A stretch of DNA of 64,000 bases, taken from contig CAXFSR010000023.1 of NCBI GenBank assembly GCA_964005815.1, positions 32,001-96,000 on the forward strand. Reading direction: 5' to 3'. Shown here piece after piece: positions 1-9,284 of the stretch; position 1 is the first letter of the stretch, and every line of letters begins with the position of its first letter. The stretch comes from an uncultured Nitrospinaceae bacterium. GTDB lineage: Bacteria; UBA8248. Made by a program: the position numbers and the translations under genes. The notes beneath the pieces are model-generated. The model did no database searches. It was not told where the DNA came from and saw only the letters and a program-made list of their open reading frames with translations.

Positions 1-563
1 GAGCATCCGGCCGCAGTATAAGCTATATGGGTACTTGCACTTCCATATGCAACAGATTTTCCGGTAAAATTAAAATTAAAGAATCTCTTCTTCGAAGAAG
101 GAATAAAAATAATAGTTTGTTTTTCAATCTCCATTTCTTTTAAAAACGGCATTTTTTTGCTATTTCTTGTTGCCCCTTTTCCCTTCTCTCCTATAAATAG
201 CTCTTTCGTTTTCGGCATATAGAAACCACCTACTAAAGGCGTCTTCTCATGCATTAATCCCACACAAATTCCCCAGGTAGGCAACCCCTTAGTATAAGGG
301 TTAGTCCCATCAATTGGGTCTATAGCCCAAATTCGTTTTTGATTTTCGGCAAGTATATTTTTGAGACCAAACTCCTCGCCAATAAATAAATCCTTTTTAA
401 ATTTTTTTAAGATTCTTTCTTTTAAAAACAATTCAATCTCGTAATCTACTTCACTTACCAAACTTTGATCCTTTTTTTGACTTACCGATAATGTCTCTTG
501 TTTCGCAGTAGCAATATCGCCCGCTTCTTCTAAGAGTTTTTTGATAAACTCTCTCAATTTCAT
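1..563 (-). CDS. Inositol monophosphatase family protein (3' end runs off the window)
   Basis: Not in the ORF track. Manual translation from ATG at 563 (GGAG RBS upstream) gives MKLREFIKKLLEEAGDIA...GEEFG...WAIDPIDGTNPY, the IMPase GEE and DPIDGT motifs. Confidence 0.85.
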   Translation of the reverse strand, partial: MKLREFIKKLLEEAGDIATAKQETLSVSQKKDQSLVSEVDYEIELFLKERILKKFKKDLFIGEEFGLKNILAENQKRIWAIDPIDGTNPYTKGLPTWGICVGLMHEKTPLVGGFYMPKTKELFIGEKGKGATRNSKKMPFLKEMEIEKQTIIFIPSSKKRFFNFNFTGKSVAYGSASTHIAYTAAGC

Positions 564-722
564 CTCCAGAAAATGATCAAAAAAGACAAAAAATACTAAT
601 TTCGTATTTTGGTTTGTTTTATAACATATTTATGATATTCAGCTTTGTCTCTCTTTATTTTTTATGACTATGCAATACTTTATCCTTTTCCAGGAATCAC
701 TCCAACATGAAATTAGTTTTCT

Positions 723-2090
723 ATGCGAAGTCAACTTTTTAAAAAAAATATTGATTACACTGACGGTCCAATAGGTCGTAATGTCTATCTAATATCTATG
801 CCAATTTTTTTTGAACTAGTTGCTTGGAATATTGATAGTATTTTGGAGGTATACTGGATTGGCAGATTAGGTCCTAGCGCACTTGCTGCTATGACTATTG
901 CTTTTATAACTTTGATTTGTGCGCGCGCAGGCGGAATGGGAATTCGTGTTCCTGCGCAAGCTTTGGTAGCTCAACATATCGGTTCTGGAGACAAAGAAAA
1001 AGCTGCCCTCGTAGCTGGGCAAACTTTTCTTTTGCAAATTTTTTATTATGTTCCTGTTTCCCTTTTGGGAATAATTTTCGCTCCTTATCTTGTCGGGTTT
1101 TTTTCTTCAGAAGATCCTCTTAGATCCTTAGCAATTACGTGCCTTCGATCCGGGTTAATGATGGTTATGTTCATAGATGGGATTTTTACTATTGGAAATC
1201 TCCTAAGAGGGGCAGGCGACGTCAATCTTTCTTTAAAAGGTATGATTGTAAGTTCATGTATAGTTTTTTGGGCAATGCCTCTTCTTATTTATGGATATGG
1301 ATCTATTCCATCTCTAAAAATAGCAGGGGTATTCATAGGACTTGGAGCAGGGAGATTGGTCGGCTGCTTGGTAATGACATATTTTTTATTTTCAGGACGA
1401 TCAAAAATTCCACTTAAAGTCCGCCATCTAAAACCTAACAAAAAACAGCTATTTCAAATTATCTCTTTGGGCTGGCCCGCAATGGGCCAAATGTTATTTG
1501 AAAGAAGCGCTAATGTAGTTTTAGTTTCAATGTTAGCACCATTTGGAGCCATTGGTTTAGCTGCGTGGTCAGTTGGAAGTAGGGTTAATAATATGGGAAG
1601 AATGCCAGGATTCGTTTTACAGTCTTCTTCCAGAACATTAGTAGGACAAAATATCGGCGCAGGCAAAATGGAGAGGGCTGCTCTATCAGCAAGGTTTGTT
1701 CTATACCTTTTGTTTTTTATTATGATTTTCGTAACAGCAGGCTTCTTTTTCTGGGCTAAAGAAATTGTTGTTTTTTTTGGCATGGGGAATGAAGGATCAA
1801 AAACTGCTGAAATTTGTTTTCAAATTCTAAGTTTGGGCGTAGGCTTTGAAGCGGCAAGAAGAGTTGTCGCAGGAATTTTTGAGGGGTCAGCAGATACTAA
1901 ACCTCCAATGATAATAGAAGGGGTTATTCGCTGGGGAGTTCTTCTTCCAGCAGCTTATTTGCTTTCTTATACTTTTGATCTTAAAGAATTTGGGATTTGG
2001 TGGTCTGTAGCAGGAAGTCAAGTTTTGGGCGGTGTTGCCTTATTTGTTTGGTACATACTTTCATGGCCAAGAAAACAAAAAGCTATTTAG
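723..2090 (+). CDS. MATE family efflux transporter
   Basis: 455 aa, multi-TM; MATE motifs LLRGAGD and VGQNIGAG. Confidence 0.9.
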   Translation: MRSQLFKKNIDYTDGPIGRNVYLISMPIFFELVAWNIDSILEVYWIGRLGPSALAAMTIAFITLICARAGGMGIRVPAQALVAQHIGSGDKEKAALVAGQTFLLQIFYYVPVSLLGIIFAPYLVGFFSSEDPLRSLAITCLRSGLMMVMFIDGIFTIGNLLRGAGDVNLSLKGMIVSSCIVFWAMPLLIYGYGSIPSLKIAGVFIGLGAGRLVGCLVMTYFLFSGRSKIPLKVRHLKPNKKQLFQIISLGWPAMGQMLFERSANVVLVSMLAPFGAIGLAAWSVGSRVNNMGRMPGFVLQSSSRTLVGQNIGAGKMERAALSARFVLYLLFFIMIFVTAGFFFWAKEIVVFFGMGNEGSKTAEICFQILSLGVGFEAARRVVAGIFEGSADTKPPMIIEGVIRWGVLLPAAYLLSYTFDLKEFGIWWSVAGSQVLGGVALFVWYILSWPRKQKAI

Positions 2091-2136
2091 TTATTTTCTC
2101 TTTTTTTAAGAATTACTATTCATTGGTCATATAAAA

Positions 2137-3537
2137 TTGAAAAATGACAGAAAAACCAATTCATATGATTTTACAAAAGGGCGAGTTTCTCGAGGAATTT
2201 TTAGAATTACAATTCCCTCTTGTTTAGAAAATGTTTGTTGGAATCTAGATGCATTAGTAGAGGTTTATTGGATAGGAAGACTAGGAGGTCCTGGATATTT
2301 AGCCGCAGTCTCCCTGGCATTTATGATAATTTTTTTCCTTCGAGCTATAGGTTTCGGATTCCGAACAGCTGGAAGTGCATTGGTTTCTCAAAAAATCGGT
2401 TCTGGAGATACATTAGGCGCTAAGTTTGCAGCCGCACAAACCATTTTGTTGGCTTTTGTTTATTATTTTTGTATTTCAATTTTTGGATTTATATTTTCTC
2501 CATTTCTCATGTCATTATTAACAGAAGATCCAAAAGTTTTATCTTTAGGAATTGCTTATTTACAAACTAGCTTTTTATTTTTTGCATTTGTAGATGGAAT
2601 TTTTACTATAGGTCATCAATTTCGTGCATCAGGTGAGCCCCGTTTCTCACTTTACGGACAACTCTGTTCTCCAATTATATCTTTTTTTAGTATTCCTTTT
2701 TTTATACACGGACTTTTTGATTTCCCTGGGCTAGGACTATGTGGTGGAGCAGTAGGCGTAGGCACGGGAAGATTTGTAGGTGTGAGCTTGATGTTCTTTA
2801 TTGTTTTCAGCGGAAAATCAAAGATCTCTTTTGGAACAAAAGAAATGTTTCCAAATTTAAAGCTTATTTGGCAAATAATTAAAATAGGATGGCCTGCAGC
2901 TGCACAAAATTTATTAGAGCGAGGGTCAAGTTTAATCCTGTTAAAAATTTTATCAATTTTTGGCCCCGTTTATCTTGCCGCCTGGGCGATTGGAAATCGT
3001 ATTTCACTGCTAGCAAGAAACCCGAGTTTTGGTATTCAGGCTGCACTCAGAACGATGGTGGGACAAAACATAGGAGCAAAGAGATATGAACGTGCAACAA
3101 AAAGTGTAAAATTTTCACTCTTAGTTTTAATGGTAATAATGGGCTCTATTGCAATTATGCTTTTTATTTTTGCAGAGAACTTATCTGAATTTTTTGGATT
3201 AAAGGACGATCTCTCAATAAAAATCTCTGTTTTGTGTCTAAGAATTTTGTCTGTAGGGTTATTTTTCGAAGCAATTTTCAGAATGATTCTAGGAGCCTTT
3301 CATGGAGCTGCTAACACAAAACCTCCAATGATAGTAGAATTTTTTACAAAGTGGTTCATTCAAATACCTGCCGCATATATAATTTCCATAGTTTTGGCAT
3401 TTGGTGGTTCGGGAGTTTGGTTTGCCATGTCAGGAGGACAAATTCTTTCATGTGTGTTTTTATTGTTATGGTATTATTTTTGGATTAAGAAAAAAGGAAT
3501 TGGAAGTTATTCAGTATTAAAAAACAAGGAACTTTGA
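2137..3537 (+). CDS. MATE family efflux transporter (paralog of the upstream gene)
   Basis: 466 aa; VGQNIGA; shares EVYWIGRLG and TKPPMI segments with 723..2090; TTG start. Confidence 0.9.
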   Translation: MKNDRKTNSYDFTKGRVSRGIFRITIPSCLENVCWNLDALVEVYWIGRLGGPGYLAAVSLAFMIIFFLRAIGFGFRTAGSALVSQKIGSGDTLGAKFAAAQTILLAFVYYFCISIFGFIFSPFLMSLLTEDPKVLSLGIAYLQTSFLFFAFVDGIFTIGHQFRASGEPRFSLYGQLCSPIISFFSIPFFIHGLFDFPGLGLCGGAVGVGTGRFVGVSLMFFIVFSGKSKISFGTKEMFPNLKLIWQIIKIGWPAAAQNLLERGSSLILLKILSIFGPVYLAAWAIGNRISLLARNPSFGIQAALRTMVGQNIGAKRYERATKSVKFSLLVLMVIMGSIAIMLFIFAENLSEFFGLKDDLSIKISVLCLRILSVGLFFEAIFRMILGAFHGAANTKPPMIVEFFTKWFIQIPAAYIISIVLAFGGSGVWFAMSGGQILSCVFLLLWYYFWIKKKGIGSYSVLKNKEL

Positions 3538-4334
3538 TGAGAGATTATTCAGAAACGCCATCTACTGTTTATGGCCCTGTTGACTCATGGAGATTTGGTT
3601 TTTCTCTGGGAGTTGATCTTATTTTAAGAACAAGTGTCTGTTCTTTTAATTGCGTTTACTGTCAGCTTGGTTCTATACAAGAAATAACTAACGAAAGGCA
3701 ATTGTTTGTCAAAACTGAAAGAGTTATGTCCGATTTAAAAAAATCCGACTGGCAAAAATCAGATATTATTACTTTTAGTGGAAGCGGGGAGCCCACCTTG
3801 GCCACAAATCTCGGGGAAACTTTAAAAAAAATCAAAGAGTACACCAAGCTTGAAACTCATGTCTTAACAAATGGCACTTTACTCGAAGATAAAACTGTAC
3901 GTTCTGAACTTTGTAATGCAGACAGGGTATCTGTAAAACTAGATGCCGTAGATGAAAAAATGTTTGCTACTGTTAATAGGCCTTTTAATGGAATTACCCT
4001 AGGATCCATTTTAAGCGGAACAAAGATTTTTCGAAAAGAGTTTCATGGATTTTTCGATACGCAAATCATGTTTCTCCCCGCGAACAGAAAAATGACAGCT
4101 CAACTTTGTGATTTAATAAACGAGATCAAGCCTGATGAAGTTCAGCTAAACACTCCCAAAAGAGCTTATCCTTCCTCTTGGTTTATAGAATCAAGGGGAA
4201 GATATGACTATAAAAAATCTAAAGTTAAACTTCACGATCTTAAAGTAATTGAAAGAGAAGAAGCAGTTGAAATAGAAAATGAGATAAGGCAAAAAACAGG
4301 TCTTGTAGTTAGCAGTGTTTATGCGGAATCTTGA
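3534..4334 (+). CDS. Radical SAM protein (COG0731-like)
   Basis: CSFNCVYC CxxxCxxC motif, YGPVDSWRFG N-terminus, SGSGEPTL. Confidence 0.85.
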   Translation: MMRDYSETPSTVYGPVDSWRFGFSLGVDLILRTSVCSFNCVYCQLGSIQEITNERQLFVKTERVMSDLKKSDWQKSDIITFSGSGEPTLATNLGETLKKIKEYTKLETHVLTNGTLLEDKTVRSELCNADRVSVKLDAVDEKMFATVNRPFNGITLGSILSGTKIFRKEFHGFFDTQIMFLPANRKMTAQLCDLINEIKPDEVQLNTPKRAYPSSWFIESRGRYDYKKSKVKLHDLKVIEREEAVEIENEIRQKTGLVVSSVYAES

Positions 4335-4373
4335 TAAATTTTATTTTTTGGTTTTATTTTTTTTGAGGGAAAA

Positions 4374-4502
4374 ATGCTTCGGGGATTGCTTTGGTTAACA
4401 GGCACATTAATTTTAGCTTTTTTCTGTTTTTTGTTTTTAAGTAGCGTTTGCGGAGATAGTAAAATTTTTCCATCAATTTACACATATTTTTGTGGTAGTT
4501 AA
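4374..4502 (+). CDS. Putative small membrane protein (42 aa)
   Basis: Below the ORF-track cutoff. ATG with GAGGG RBS; MLRGLLWLTGTLILAFFCFLFLSSVCGDSKIFPSIYTYFCGS has one hydrophobic helix and fills the intergenic gap. Confidence 0.5.
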   Translation: MLRGLLWLTGTLILAFFCFLFLSSVCGDSKIFPSIYTYFCGS

Positions 4503-4515
4503 AATTAGTAATAAA

Positions 4516-4911
4516 ATGAGTTTATATCAAAAAGAGAAAAAAATATTGATTGTTTGTTCCGATCTGATTTTTTCAGGGCAAATTCGTTCTTTTTTTAATC
4601 TGAAAGATGAAAGAATAGAATTTCTCGAAAATCGAGAGGAGTTTCGAAATGCTTTAATTAAATTTCACGTTATTCTAATTCTTTTCGATTTACACCATCC
4701 TTCTATGGGCAATAAAGAAGCTTTTTCAATAATAAAAGAAGTTAGAGAAACCAATGATAACAGTTCTGCTTTTGCTGTCTCTTGGGGCGCACATACAGAA
4801 AGTGCACTATTAAAATCAGCCTTAAAGTCCGGTTTTGATGAAGCTATGCCCAGATCGTCTTTTGTAAAGGAACTACCAAAAATTATAAACAAAACAATAC
4901 TTAAATTTTAG
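4516..4911 (+). CDS. Receiver-domain-like (response regulator-like) protein
   Basis: ILIVCSDLIF...ILFDLHHP...GAH...ALKSGFDEAMPRS pattern; ATG at 4516 preferred over the ORF start at 4492. Confidence 0.55.
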   Translation: MSLYQKEKKILIVCSDLIFSGQIRSFFNLKDERIEFLENREEFRNALIKFHVILILFDLHHPSMGNKEAFSIIKEVRETNDNSSAFAVSWGAHTESALLKSALKSGFDEAMPRSSFVKELPKIINKTILKF

Positions 4912-4920
4912 TAATCGCAC

Positions 4921-5232
4921 ATGAACAAATTGAAAGAAAAAACAAATCCATTTGAGCACAAGGGTTCACTAATATGGTGGATTGAAATTATTTCATCACA
5001 GCAAAATTATTTACAAGCAATAATTTTAGGTTATGATGGCCTAGCATATTATCAAGGGATAAATAAAAATTATCGCACTACTGCAGACGGAATAATTTAT
5101 TCCCTTGGGCGCTTAACTTCAATGCCCGAAAATAAAAATAAGTGCAGAAATCTCCTTTTAAGTCTAGGAAAAGAGATGCCGCTAAACATAGTGCCTAATT
5201 CACCAAACATTTCCTGTGATTTTCAGCCATAA
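4921..5232 (+). CDS. Hypothetical protein (DUF4911-like)
   Basis: YLQAIILGYDGLA segment resembles DUF4911; lies within a co-directional gene run. Confidence 0.45.
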   Translation: MNKLKEKTNPFEHKGSLIWWIEIISSQQNYLQAIILGYDGLAYYQGINKNYRTTADGIIYSLGRLTSMPENKNKCRNLLLSLGKEMPLNIVPNSPNISCDFQP

Positions 5233-5244
5233 AAAAGTTTTTAA

Positions 5245-6093
5245 ATGAAAGGGTTTTTAATATTGCAAATTGTAATTTTATTTCTGGTTTTAATTTTTTT
5301 CCCTATTACGGTCGTTGATGCAAAAAGACTGAAACTTGCAACAACAACTTCGATTGCAAATAGCGGAATTTTATCCCCATTGTTATCTGCATACAGAGAA
5401 AAACAAGAAATTACCGTTCATCCAATTATTACTGGAACAGGAAAAGCTCTAGAGTTAGGAAAGTATGGAGACGTTGATTTAGTCCTAACTCATGCACCAA
5501 AATTAGAACACCTATTTATCAAAAAAAAATACGGCATTAATAAAAAGAAAATTATGTTTAATTACTTTTTAGTCGCGGGTCCATCTCCTGACAATTTTCT
5601 ATCAAAAAGCGAAAAAGTCGTAGATGTTTTAAAACAAATAGCCAAAAAAAAATATAATTGGATAAGCAGGGGAGACAATTCTGGAACTCACGTGAAAGAA
5701 ATTGAATTATGGAAAAATGCTAAACTGAATCCACTTGGGGAGTGGTATTTATCGTCAGGGCTTGGGATGGGAAGATCTTTGATAATAGCAGAAGAAAAAA
5801 ACGCTTTTATATTGTCAGATAGAGGAACATACCTTTCTTTTTTACATCGAAACAAAATCAATCTCAAAATTGTTTTTGGTCGAAATGACAAAAATTTATT
5901 AAATGTATATTCTGTAATGCAAGTAAATCCTTTTAAACACAAAAATATTTTATATACTGAGGCAAAAGAATTTTCAGATTTTTTGCTTTCTAATACCGCA
6001 CAATGCATTATTGAAAATTTCAAAATTAAACAAATACCTCTTTTTTATCCGGCAAGTTCCTGTATCAGCAAGCAATCTCGAGGAAAGGAATAA
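5245..6093 (+). CDS. tupA: Tungstate ABC transporter substrate-binding protein
   Basis: Signal peptide, ATTTS tungstate-binding motif, GTGKAL, SRGDNSGTH. Confidence 0.9.
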   Translation: MKGFLILQIVILFLVLIFFPITVVDAKRLKLATTTSIANSGILSPLLSAYREKQEITVHPIITGTGKALELGKYGDVDLVLTHAPKLEHLFIKKKYGINKKKIMFNYFLVAGPSPDNFLSKSEKVVDVLKQIAKKKYNWISRGDNSGTHVKEIELWKNAKLNPLGEWYLSSGLGMGRSLIIAEEKNAFILSDRGTYLSFLHRNKINLKIVFGRNDKNLLNVYSVMQVNPFKHKNILYTEAKEFSDFLLSNTAQCIIENFKIKQIPLFYPASSCISKQSRGKE

Positions 6094-6779
6094 TGGGGTT
6101 TTTAACAGAAGGTTTTATTAGTGCTATTTATCTGATTTTTAGTCTTGACAATATGGTTCTTAGTGCAGCCTACACGACCATTCAAGTTGGATTAATTTCA
6201 ACTATTTGCGCATCTCTAATAGGACTTCCTATAGGCTTTTCTCTTGCCACTTTTTCGTTTAGAGGAAAGAAAATTTTAGTCCTATTAATACAAACACTTT
6301 TGGGCCTACCAACTGTTGTTATAGGTTTAGTTGTATATGGATTTCTCTCAAAAAAAGGTCCTTTAGGATTTATAGATTTGCTTTTTACTCCATCTGCCAT
6401 CGTTATAGGATTGGTCATTCTCGCAACTCCAATTGTAATAGTTTTTTCTTATACAACAATAAAAACTGTCGATTTTCGAGTAAGAGAAACAGCTTTTTCG
6501 TTAGGCGCATCAGAACTTAAAGCGGCGTGGACAGTAATTTGTGAAATAAGATACGAAATTTTAGCAGTTATCTTAGCATCTTTTTCAAGAGTTAGTTCTG
6601 AAATTGGAATTGCGCTCATGCTAGGAGGAAATATCAAAGGGTTCACAAGAACATTAACAACGGCAATTGCATTGGAAAGCACTAAAGGAGAATTTGCTTT
6701 TGGTATCGCTCTTTCAATTATTTTACTTTGCATAATACTTTTTGCAAACTTAATGTCATTTGTCTTTAGAAAGTTATAA
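6093..6779 (+). CDS. tupB: Tungstate ABC transporter permease
   Basis: GLPTVVIGL, GGNIKGFTRTLTTAIALE; follows tupA. Confidence 0.9.
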   Translation: MGFLTEGFISAIYLIFSLDNMVLSAAYTTIQVGLISTICASLIGLPIGFSLATFSFRGKKILVLLIQTLLGLPTVVIGLVVYGFLSKKGPLGFIDLLFTPSAIVIGLVILATPIVIVFSYTTIKTVDFRVRETAFSLGASELKAAWTVICEIRYEILAVILASFSRVSSEIGIALMLGGNIKGFTRTLTTAIALESTKGEFAFGIALSIILLCIILFANLMSFVFRKL

Positions 6780-7439
6780 ATGAGTTTTATTTTAAAAAAT
6801 ATCAAAGTTGAGTTTGAAGAGTTTAATGCGCTAACTATAAATTATGTTGAAATACCTACACATAAAACAACTTGGGTTACCGGTCAAAATGGTGCAGGCA
6901 AAACTACATTTTTAAAACTTCTTGCAGGTTTAATTACCCCTAAAACGGGTGCCTTCACTTACAATTACAAAAATCTTATTACTAAAAAGAATTATATGGA
7001 CTATCGACAAAAAACCACTCTTCTCTCTCAAGAGCCTTATTTATTTCGAGGAACTGTTTTTAAAAATGTAATGTATGGACTTAATAACCGAGGATTTACT
7101 AAAAAACAATTAAAAACAAAAGCCTTAAACGCTATGGAGCAAACGGGAGTTTTAGATTTATCTAATAGGGATTCTAAACATTTGTCGGTTGGTGAAAAAA
7201 AAAGAGTTGCACTCGCTAGGTGTATAGCAATAGATTGTGAAACTATTTTGCTAGATGAACCACTAGCTGGCTTAGACGAAAAAAGCGTAGCTCAAATTAC
7301 TAATTTAATTAAAAAATTGTCACAACTCAAAAAAACACTAATTATAAGCACCCACAACTATGATAATACTAAAAATAAAAATGATTTGTGTATCCATCTA
7401 GAGTCAGGAAAAATACAAAGCTTCAGCAATGAAAGATAG
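6780..7439 (+). CDS. tupC: Tungstate ABC transporter ATP-binding protein
   Basis: Walker A GQNGAGKT, signature LSVGE, Walker B ILLDEP. Confidence 0.85.
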   Translation: MSFILKNIKVEFEEFNALTINYVEIPTHKTTWVTGQNGAGKTTFLKLLAGLITPKTGAFTYNYKNLITKKNYMDYRQKTTLLSQEPYLFRGTVFKNVMYGLNNRGFTKKQLKTKALNAMEQTGVLDLSNRDSKHLSVGEKKRVALARCIAIDCETILLDEPLAGLDEKSVAQITNLIKKLSQLKKTLIISTHNYDNTKNKNDLCIHLESGKIQSFSNER

Positions 7440-7565
7440 GGGTTTTAAAAAAGAAGTGGTAATTTTTGTTTCTCAATTTGGTATTTTGTTTTATTGGATA
7501 AGCTGGTATAAATGTAGAGTCTGCTTTTTGTAAGCTTTTCATCAAATTTTATTTGGAGTCTTTTT

Positions 7566-8696
7566 TTGGAAATTAAACTTCAAAGAGATTTAATTTTTAA
7601 CGCCATCCAGTCTTTGCAAGGGGTTGTCGAAACAAAAACAACTTCCATGCCAATTTTACAAAACGTTTTAATTGAAACCTTGTCCGGAAAAAAAAGTATA
7701 TCTATCTCAGGAACCAACCTAGATATAAGCTTAAAAGGAAATATAGATGCAGAGGTCATTAAAACGGGCAAATTAACTCTAAATGCACGAAAATTATTCG
7801 ATATAATTAGAGAACTCGCTCCTGGTGCTATTGTTTCACTGGTCGAAGAAGAGAACCAGCGAGTTAAAATTGAAGGTGGAAATGCTAAGTTTAGCTTGCC
7901 ATCCTTGCCTTACTCTGACTTTCCAACAATGCCCGACAAAGCAGAAACTGAGCCACATAAGATTCCCTCAAAAAAACTTGCAGAAATGATTAAAAGGACT
8001 ATGTTTGCAATCTCACAAGACGAGACTCGTTATACGTATAATGGCGTTTTTATGGAATCAGAAAATCAAATTCTAAGGCTAGTCGCTACTGATGGTCATA
8101 GGTTAGCTTTAATAGAAAGAGAAGAAGAAGGTTTTCAATTGGCAAATGGGGTGATATTACACAAAAAGGGATTGGGAGAACTAACAAAGCTATTACAAGC
8201 AAACGAAGATAAAGAAGAAGAGGTTTCTGTATTTATTACCGAAAATCATGCGATTTTTGTGACAGCTAACAATGAACTTTCTGCACGCTTAATAGAAGGC
8301 GAATTTCCAAAATATCAGCAAGTAATACCTGATGGCCATCAACACAACGTTATCATTGACAGAAATGATTTACTTAGTGCTTTGAGAAGAGTTTCGCTTT
8401 TCTCAAGCGAAACCAGGTTAGTTAAATTTACCTTTAAAAAAGAAATCCTTAATCTTTCAACAAGTGGTTCAGAGTTTGGAGAGGCTGATGAAAGTGTAGA
8501 ATGCGATTTTAAAGGAAAAGAACTAACAATAGGTTTCAATTATAGGTATTGTACTGACGTTTTGAGTATTCTTACTGAGAAAAATATCGTTGTTGAAATA
8601 AAAGACGCATTAAGCCCTGGAGTTTTTAGACCATCAGGCGAAAATTCATCTAATGACGATAAGTATACATACGTCGTCATGCCTATGCGTGTTTAA
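7566..8696 (+). CDS. dnaN: DNA polymerase III beta sliding clamp
   Basis: 376 aa; ATDGHRLA, LIEGEFPKY, C-terminal YVVMPMRV. Confidence 0.97.
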   Translation: MEIKLQRDLIFNAIQSLQGVVETKTTSMPILQNVLIETLSGKKSISISGTNLDISLKGNIDAEVIKTGKLTLNARKLFDIIRELAPGAIVSLVEEENQRVKIEGGNAKFSLPSLPYSDFPTMPDKAETEPHKIPSKKLAEMIKRTMFAISQDETRYTYNGVFMESENQILRLVATDGHRLALIEREEEGFQLANGVILHKKGLGELTKLLQANEDKEEEVSVFITENHAIFVTANNELSARLIEGEFPKYQQVIPDGHQHNVIIDRNDLLSALRRVSLFSSETRLVKFTFKKEILNLSTSGSEFGEADESVECDFKGKELTIGFNYRYCTDVLSILTEKNIVVEIKDALSPGVFRPSGENSSNDDKYTYVVMPMRV

Positions 8697-8705
8697 CGTT
8701 GCTTT

Positions 8706-9284
8706 TTATTGCAAATCAGTTTTAGCATAATCCCAACCGGTATTAAAAGAGCTAACCTCCCCACTGATTTCGTCATACTTAAATCTTGGAATTTTAGCGA
8801 GATCTCCTCCATATACATGAATACCTACAACTGGCTCGTCTGAAGCACAACTAACACGGTGCAGATCTGTATCTTTTGTACAACAAACGAAAGTATCTCC
8901 CGGCTTGGCTAACCTATTTCCTGTAGGATTAATTGTGACTGTAGAACCATTTCTTCTTGTCCCTGTATTTGAAAAACTTTCTTCTTTTTCCATTCCTCTA
9001 TATATACCAATTACTCCCCAAGTCCCATGATCGTGAATTGGTGTAGTCTGTCCAACATCCCAAATTCCAACACCTATACTAAAACTTTCATCTGGCGCTA
9101 TATGTACTTGATTAAGGGTAAATCCATTTTTTTTTACAAGAAGTTGTTCTTCATTTAAAAGAAATGGATTTTCTAATATTGGATTCATAAAACTAGAAAT
9201 CTTTGAGGTCAATTCTAATTCGTCTTGCGTTTCATTCACCAAAACCTCTACTTCTTTGATGAATTCTTCCATAGTCTTATACAT
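8706..9284 (-). CDS. Cysteine dioxygenase family thiol dioxygenase (3-mercaptopropionate dioxygenase-like cupin)
   Basis: GQTTPIHDHGTWG (HxH), third His in LHRV, IHVYG. Confidence 0.8.
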   Translation of the reverse strand: MYKTMEEFIKEVEVLVNETQDELELTSKISSFMNPILENPFLLNEEQLLVKKNGFTLNQVHIAPDESFSIGVGIWDVGQTTPIHDHGTWGVIGIYRGMEKEESFSNTGTRRNGSTVTINPTGNRLAKPGDTFVCCTKDTDLHRVSCASDEPVVGIHVYGGDLAKIPRFKYDEISGEVSSFNTGWDYAKTDLQ

